Virus record (IMG/VR): IMGVR_UViG_3300030419_007196
Span: 60,865-124,864 of that record
Strand: one strand, 5' to 3'
Length of the DNA stretch: 64,000 bases
From: a virus
Under the pieces are notes generated by a model that did not search any database, had not been told where the DNA came from, and was given only the letters and a program-made list of their open reading frames with translations. The position numbers were made by a program, and so were the translations under genes. Shown here piece by piece: positions 58,948 through 64,000 of this stretch; position 1 is the stretch's first letter, and each line of letters opens with the position of its first letter.

Positions 58948-60207
58948 TTATATCTCTTTAAATGACCATCGTGTGTAATTTTTTCTGGTTTCCCAAGAAC
59001 CATACTTTTCATGAATTTCTTTCATCATTTCTGGCCAACGATCTTGAAACTTTTTCCATGAATAATTTTTTACTACATGTTCTCGACCTTTGGTTGCCAT
59101 GTTTTTCAATTCTTCTTCTGAAGAGTTAAATATTTTTTCTAAGGCAGAGACAAATTGTTCCTCTGAAATCCTGTCCTCAAAAATATATGGCACATTTTGA
59201 CTACCAACAATAATTTTTGATACAGGTTCTAGACCGACACCAAACCAATCCTTTCCATCGGTAACTTGTTCTTGAAGTCCGCCGGTCATATTAACTATGA
59301 TCGGTGTACCACATGATAAAGATTCTAGAGTCGCCAAGCCGAAGCCCTCTGCGTCCGATACATTAATTGTACAATCTGCCATGTTGTACATGGCGGATAA
59401 ATCAGATTCAGTAACCTTGTTTGTAGAGAACAGAACCTCTCCATTATCCAATCCGAACTCAGCTATTACTGCCTCTAAATTTGGACCATTAGGGTCGTTG
59501 GGCGCAGTATGCATTAAGAGGATCGCCTTATCCTTGCCAACCTTTTCCAAAAACTTACCAAACCAATAAATTACGGTAGCGGAAAGTTTTCTTTTTGCGT
59601 TTCTATTATTCCAGAAAAATATGAATTTATCCTTCGCCTCTGCAAAATTATCTTCTCTGATTTTGTCAATCATATCTGGATCAAGCGGCTTAAAAATTTC
59701 CTCATGTACTGAGTGTGGCAGATATTCACAATCAACTTCTGGCGCAACGTTTCTAACTACCTCATCTGTTAGTTTGGAAATGGTTACAATCTTATCGTTG
59801 GAATCATACCAAGCTTTGTTGAACTTTGGATACGGCTTATTGTCCCATACATGATAATATACTAATGGAACTAGTGACCTGATTTCATCCTCCATCGACC
59901 AAAGCCACTCAAAAAAACGCGGGTCTGTCATGATCCACATTATGTCTGGCTTTTCATTTCTTAAAATAGAGCGGATTGTACCTTCATTACCAAAGCCGTC
60001 GACTGGATAAACAACGAAATCATCTCCAAATTCTTTAGTTCTTATCGGCTCATAGCTTTGATGTTTAATTGAACCACCGAGCGATACAACTTTAAATTCA
60101 CCGGTGTTTAGAAGAGATTGAATAAAGTTTTTAGTCTGCAATCCAACCCCGGAGGTACCTAGTGGAATATCACTAATGGTCAATACTTTAATTTTTTCTT
60201 TTTTCAT
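58948..60207 (-). CDS. GT4 glycosyltransferase
   Basis: SGVG, NRNAKRK, SDAEGFGLATLESLSCGTPII; ATGA-coupled start at 60207. Confidence 0.9.
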   Translation of the reverse strand: MKKEKIKVLTISDIPLGTSGVGLQTKNFIQSLLNTGEFKVVSLGGSIKHQSYEPIRTKEFGDDFVVYPVDGFGNEGTIRSILRNEKPDIMWIMTDPRFFEWLWSMEDEIRSLVPLVYYHVWDNKPYPKFNKAWYDSNDKIVTISKLTDEVVRNVAPEVDCEYLPHSVHEEIFKPLDPDMIDKIREDNFAEAKDKFIFFWNNRNAKRKLSATVIYWFGKFLEKVGKDKAILLMHTAPNDPNGPNLEAVIAEFGLDNGEVLFSTNKVTESDLSAMYNMADCTINVSDAEGFGLATLESLSCGTPIIVNMTGGLQEQVTDGKDWFGVGLEPVSKIIVGSQNVPYIFEDRISEEQFVSALEKIFNSSEEELKNMATKGREHVVKNYSWKKFQDRWPEMMKEIHEKYGSWETRKNYTRWSFKEI

Positions 60208-60971
60208 GGACAATACTCAGTTTTTTTGAATTCGCAATAATTGCACGATAGGCGGTTCTTGATATTTACACCATTTTCAATATTGGTAATAGCATTTTTA
60301 AGTAGCTTCGCAGAATTATCCAACCTTTTTTGGCCATTTGTAACTCTAAAAAGCTCTACAATATTCTTTTTCGCCGTTCTTTTAAGCAGTATAAAATAAG
60401 TTTCAACATTTTTTAAGGGGATATTGTGCTTTTTAGCAAAGAAGTTTTTGTAATAACTTAGTTGATATACCGTCATTTTATCGGATTTTCGCCGTGCGTC
60501 CCACCCCCAAGAGCATGTTTTCCAGTCAATTAGTATGTATTTGTCGCCTTTTTTTAAAATAAGGTCAACTATTCCTTTGAAATTGTATTTTTTTTGCTCA
60601 ATTGGTTGATAAATCATTTCTTCCGCTGAAAAGACTTCCCAATCATGAAAATGTTGCTTCGTGATATCGACTGCCTCGACTGATAACAACAAGCCCTGCT
60701 TGTAAAAGGCGTCCCAGTTTTTATCTCTTTCTAATTGTAATCTATTCGATTCTTCTATAAAACACTCTCTAAAAACGTCTTGTCGTTGTTGCGGCTCTAA
60801 GCCATCAGTAAACCCCTTCTCACAAGCCAAGTGAACGGCTGTGCCAAAAGCAGTATAAATATTTCCTTGGAAGCCCTTTACTTTATCTTCATAAATTAAT
60901 TTTCTTTTATGCGGGCAATCTTTCCAAATTTTTAATTCGGAAAAACTAATGTGTTGTCTCAAGTTGTTCAT
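60204..60971 (-). CDS. PD-(D/E)XK nuclease, Cas4/AddB-like with 4-Cys Fe-S staple
   Basis: ISFS...CP, GTAVH, GIVDL..IDWKT, QLSYY, CNYCEFKKTEYC. Confidence 0.85.
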   Translation of the reverse strand: MNNLRQHISFSELKIWKDCPHKRKLIYEDKVKGFQGNIYTAFGTAVHLACEKGFTDGLEPQQRQDVFRECFIEESNRLQLERDKNWDAFYKQGLLLSVEAVDITKQHFHDWEVFSAEEMIYQPIEQKKYNFKGIVDLILKKGDKYILIDWKTCSWGWDARRKSDKMTVYQLSYYKNFFAKKHNIPLKNVETYFILLKRTAKKNIVELFRVTNGQKRLDNSAKLLKNAITNIENGVNIKNRLSCNYCEFKKTEYCP

Positions 60972-61254
60972 AATGTAGCCTTAAATCTTGTATAATTTCT
61001 AGCCTTTTTCGTTTGTATATAGAAATATTCAAACTTGCGGCCAATTTTCTAGCTTCATTATAACTCATTTCGTCCAAACTTGCAAGTAATGTATCTTTTT
61101 TTTCTTTAGCAAGCCTTTCTTCTTCTTTTTTTATAATGGCTTGTTGTCTTGCATGGTTTTTTTCTTCAACAATTTTGTTAATTTTTTTCAACTTCTCTGA
61201 AGTTTTTTGAGTCGACCTTTTTATTCTCAAACTGTTATTTCTGGTCTTCTTCAT
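60946..61254 (-). CDS. Basic hypothetical protein (C-terminal Rho-N/HeH-like helix pair)
   Basis: LDEMSYNEARKLAASLNI...RLEII. Confidence 0.5.
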   Translation of the reverse strand: MKKTRNNSLRIKRSTQKTSEKLKKINKIVEEKNHARQQAIIKKEEERLAKEKKDTLLASLDEMSYNEARKLAASLNISIYKRKRLEIIQDLRLHYEQLETTH

Positions 61255-61924
61255 CTATCATCCCCATCAGCAATTTTATTTTTTCAAAAAGAACAGGATT
61301 ATTCTTTTTCATCTTGGCGTGACTGTGGTAATCTATCAAATACTTTTCAAACCCCACTCCATAATATTCCCTTAATGAAGTGGCTGAATATTCATTTAGG
61401 AAAAGGCCGCCTAAAAAGTTAAACAGCTTAACGCCAACTTTATTGTACAAATAGTTGTCTATTTTTTTACTGTATTGAAAATCAGTACTTAAATCTCCCG
61501 GCGGATCAAGCTTATTGGCGGCTAAAAGATCATGTAAGACTTTCCTCTTCTTTATAAATTCTGCTTGCAAGCGCCCGTCACCGTAAATTGTGTCGCCATA
61601 TTGTTTTTCTATGTGGTGAGACATTTCATGAATTATGTCATCAACCGCATCCATGATGCCCTCTTGTTTGTTGTTTATGAATAATCTTTTGTTGATATAA
61701 TACGCGTTGAATGGAAGATTGCTACCAGCGGAACCCATATCTCTTATTTTTATTACCACCAATCCTTTGAATATTTTTCTAGGTAATATTGATTCAACTT
61801 TTTTTAAAACCTTGGAAATATCAAAATTTATTTCATCTTCAACTTTTACAGGAACGCCATATAATTTATAGCCGCCAAGCTTGGCTTTTACCATCTTCTG
61901 TTTTTCTAAGATATAATCCCTCAT
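61235..61924 (-). CDS. Zincin-type metallopeptidase-like protein
   Basis: IIHEMSHHIE (HEXXH) and downstream YSATSLREYY. Confidence 0.65.
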   Translation of the reverse strand: MRDYILEKQKMVKAKLGGYKLYGVPVKVEDEINFDISKVLKKVESILPRKIFKGLVVIKIRDMGSAGSNLPFNAYYINKRLFINNKQEGIMDAVDDIIHEMSHHIEKQYGDTIYGDGRLQAEFIKKRKVLHDLLAANKLDPPGDLSTDFQYSKKIDNYLYNKVGVKLFNFLGGLFLNEYSATSLREYYGVGFEKYLIDYHSHAKMKKNNPVLFEKIKLLMGMIDEEDQK

Positions 61925-63255
61925 AATACTTTTGCTGCCAAAGTCGCCACCTTTGAGCGTTCACCTCTGGTTAAAGTAACATGGCCGGCTAAATCATGCT
62001 CTTTGAATTTTTCAACTGCATGAGTTAAACCATTTGTCGTCTCGTCGATATAAACATTATCAATTTGTTCAATATCGCCCATCAAAACAATCTTTGAGTT
62101 ATCCCCCACACGAGTAACAACCGTTTTAAGTTCGTGGGCAGTCATGTTCTGAATTTCGTCAACCACAATAAAGGCATTATTGATGCTTCTACCACGGATG
62201 TAGGTGAGTGCTTCAATCTCAATAATACCCTCGCTAACGTATTCTTTTAAACTATCTTTGCCGTTTCCTAAAAGATACTGTAAATTATCATTAATCGGGG
62301 CTAGCCAAGGAGACATTTTCTCCTCTAAGCTGCCGGGAAGATAGCCGATGTCCTTACCCATAGGTTGTATCGGTCTAGAGACGATAAGGCGGTTGTAACG
62401 CGCTTGTTTTGGAATTACGGTGTGCCAGTCGTCTACAGCCTGACAAAGGCCAGCAAACAGGGCTATCATCGTTTTGCCGGTACCCGCTGGTCCGACAAGA
62501 GTTACAACCTTAACGTCCGGATCCATCAAAAGATTCAAAGCAAAATCCTGCTCTTTATTTCTGGACTTTATATTCCATTTCTTATTTGAATAATCTAATA
62601 CTTTGCCCAGATGTTTGTTGTAATCATAAAATCTGGCTAGTGCTGTTTTCTTTTCATTACCCACAGAAACGAGCAGGACGAACTGATTTGGAAAAAGTTT
62701 AACCTCATCTTTGTCTAGGAAGATGTTTTCGCCGGCATAAAACTGATCAATTATTTGATCGTCAACTAAATGTTTAGTTACTCCCGTAAAAATTTCTGAT
62801 CTACTTTTGACTACCTTCTCAGTTTCGTAGTCTTCCCCTAGAATGTTAAGAGCGTCACACTTAACACGCATATTGATGTCTCGGGACACAACAACAACTT
62901 TTCTTCTAGGATTATCTTTCTTTTCACTTAGCGCTGTTGCCAAGATCTGGTTGTCGGGGTCTTTGTCATCGAATCCCGGCGGGAGCAGGCCTAACTCAAA
63001 ACTTCTTGCTCTTAATAGGCCCGCTCCACGCCGAATTCTCACTCCCTTGGATAAGTTACCCTTTGCACGCAATTCGTCCAATATACGAATTATACGACGG
63101 GCATTAGAACCTACACTATCTTGACGTTTTTTGTGTTTATCTATTTCTTCAAGCACTTTAATAGGAACAACAATGTCGTTGTTCCCGAATGAATAAATTG
63201 AATTTGAATCTGTTAAATAAACGTTTGTATCTAAAATGTAAGTTTTCTTAGCCAT
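61921..63255 (-). CDS. phoH: PIN-PhoH fusion ATPase (PhoH2/YlaK-like)
   Basis: PIN: ILDTNV, EEID, DNQIL, SRDINMR; PhoH: GPAGTGKT, IGYLPG, YIRGRS, DEIQN, GDIEQID. Confidence 0.93.
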   Translation of the reverse strand: MAKKTYILDTNVYLTDSNSIYSFGNNDIVVPIKVLEEIDKHKKRQDSVGSNARRIIRILDELRAKGNLSKGVRIRRGAGLLRARSFELGLLPPGFDDKDPDNQILATALSEKKDNPRRKVVVVSRDINMRVKCDALNILGEDYETEKVVKSRSEIFTGVTKHLVDDQIIDQFYAGENIFLDKDEVKLFPNQFVLLVSVGNEKKTALARFYDYNKHLGKVLDYSNKKWNIKSRNKEQDFALNLLMDPDVKVVTLVGPAGTGKTMIALFAGLCQAVDDWHTVIPKQARYNRLIVSRPIQPMGKDIGYLPGSLEEKMSPWLAPINDNLQYLLGNGKDSLKEYVSEGIIEIEALTYIRGRSINNAFIVVDEIQNMTAHELKTVVTRVGDNSKIVLMGDIEQIDNVYIDETTNGLTHAVEKFKEHDLAGHVTLTRGERSKVATLAAKVL

Positions 63256-63265
63256 AAATTACCCT

Positions 63266-63712
63266 TTACTTAGTTGATGTTACGTCATCTGGCGTATCTA
63301 CTACATCGTTAGCGCCAGCATCGGCTTCTTTGGGTGTAGAACCCGCATCAACATCGACAGGTTTAGTCTTGTCAGAACAGCAGCCAACTTTGCAATCGGC
63401 TTCTTTCTTTCCTGCCTTTACACATTTTTCATAGCAATTTTTGCATTTATCTTCCTTTGACCAATCGCCATAACAAGCTTTCTTGCAATCTTCCTTGGAC
63501 ATATCAGACCCTAAACACCCACTATAACAAGCTTCTTTCTTCTCCTTGTCTGTGAGAGTTGCTGCGTCTGCCAAGTCGGCTGCATCTCCACTTTTATCTG
63601 CGTCTGTGCAAGCTGCGGCGCTTGCGTCCTTGTCAGACTTTGCCTCTTTTTCTCCGCAGGCTGCTGAAAATGCTATAATAATAGCAAATAAAAGCATGGT
63701 TAGATTTCTCAT
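63266..63712 (-). CDS. Lipoprotein with tandem Cys-rich helical repeats
   Basis: SD AAGGAG before ATG 63712; MRNLTMLLFAIIIAFSAA-C lipobox; two CYxxC...CKxxC units. Confidence 0.7.
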   Translation of the reverse strand: MRNLTMLLFAIIIAFSAACGEKEAKSDKDASAAACTDADKSGDAADLADAATLTDKEKKEACYSGCLGSDMSKEDCKKACYGDWSKEDKCKNCYEKCVKAGKKEADCKVGCCSDKTKPVDVDAGSTPKEADAGANDVVDTPDDVTSTK

Positions 63713-63722
63713 TTTATTCTCC

Positions 63723-64000
63723 TTATTCGCTTTCAACGATTTCATCTACCAAACCGAGTTCAAGACATTTTTCTGCCTCAAACCATTTGTCTCTTTTAAG
63801 TATCTCTGTGATTTGTCTAGCACTCATATTTGTGTGCTCTTTATAAATTTTTTTGATTTTGCTCATGATGAGATCTAAATTCTCCATCTCATCCTTCATT
63901 GCCTCATAATTTCCCCACATAGAAGAGCTTAACTGATGAATAAGCATAAATGAATTAGGAAAAATGAATCTTTTCTTAGCAACCACGCTGATTAGAGTGG
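63723..64000 (-). CDS. clpP: ATP-dependent Clp protease proteolytic subunit (partial, start outside the window)
   Basis: KRFIFPNSFMLIHQLS, RDKWFEAEKCLELGLVDEI. Confidence 0.88.
   Translation of the reverse strand, partial: TLISVVAKKRFIFPNSFMLIHQLSSSMWGNYEAMKDEMENLDLIMSKIKKIYKEHTNMSARQITEILKRDKWFEAEKCLELGLVDEIVESE

Larger units (their letters stand above)
1..64000 (-). mobile_element. Segment of a large myovirus-type (likely jumbo) bacteriophage genome
   Basis: T4 gp6/gp25-like baseplate genes, gp55-like sigma, primase, RuvC, SbcCD, PhoH and ClpP; dense single-strand packing with bacterial SD motifs; no cellular housekeeping operons. Confidence 0.9.

Noticed and set aside
34889-60207. Bacterial chromosomal O-antigen/capsule locus next to a prophage
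   Set aside because: Coupled to phage genes on both sides, same strand and GCCGGC bias, no integrase/att site or export genes seen
60204-60971. CRISPR-Cas system suggested by the Cas4-like nuclease
   Set aside because: No repeat-spacer array or other cas genes seen; solo Cas4-like nucleases are common in phages
1162-63878. All plus-strand ORFs and nested alternate-frame minus-strand ORFs in the track
   Set aside because: They are shadows of longer motif-bearing minus-strand genes, with atypical composition and no recognisable motifs
1-64000. Eukaryotic giant virus (NCLDV) origin suggested by the glycan genes and Mre11-Rad50 fusion
   Set aside because: SD motifs, overlapping operonic genes, a sigma factor and gp6/gp25 baseplate genes indicate a tailed bacteriophage
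1-64000. tRNA/ncRNA genes, introns, inteins and intrinsic terminators
   Set aside because: Intergenic gaps are under about 80 nt and AT-rich; no cloverleaf, convincing hairpin-U tract or intein motif seen by eye

Overview
This is a 64-kb segment of a large, AT-rich, contractile-tailed (myovirus-type, probably jumbo) dsDNA bacteriophage. About 70 tightly packed genes all lie on the minus strand and use the standard code. In transcription order (high to low coordinates): ClpP (partial), a Cys-repeat lipoprotein, PIN-PhoH, an HEXXH peptidase and a Cas4-like nuclease. Next is a ~25-kb, 24-gene glycan biosynthesis cluster (34889-60207) with about 8 glycosyltransferase-type genes, NDP-sugar enzymes, NeuB/NeuA nonulosonic-acid enzymes, a B12-radical SAM enzyme, methyltransferases and a class-III aminotransferase. 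Then come a gp55-like sigma factor and a baseplate/virion module (gp25, gp6, a 2148-aa LamG protein and others). The window ends with RuvC-like resolvase, primase, a fused SbcD-SbcC, an unannotated 20-aa 9-Cys peptide and small membrane proteins. The lead hypothesis is an autonomous virion-glycosylation system: the glycan cluster sits next to virion proteins strongly enriched in a [S/T]-[G/A/S]-S tripeptide, a candidate sequon. Also notable are the micro-metallothionein ORF, the atypical nonulosonic-acid pathway and a large excess of GCCGGC sites. All calls come from motif recognition by eye; no searches were run and all counts are hand counts.
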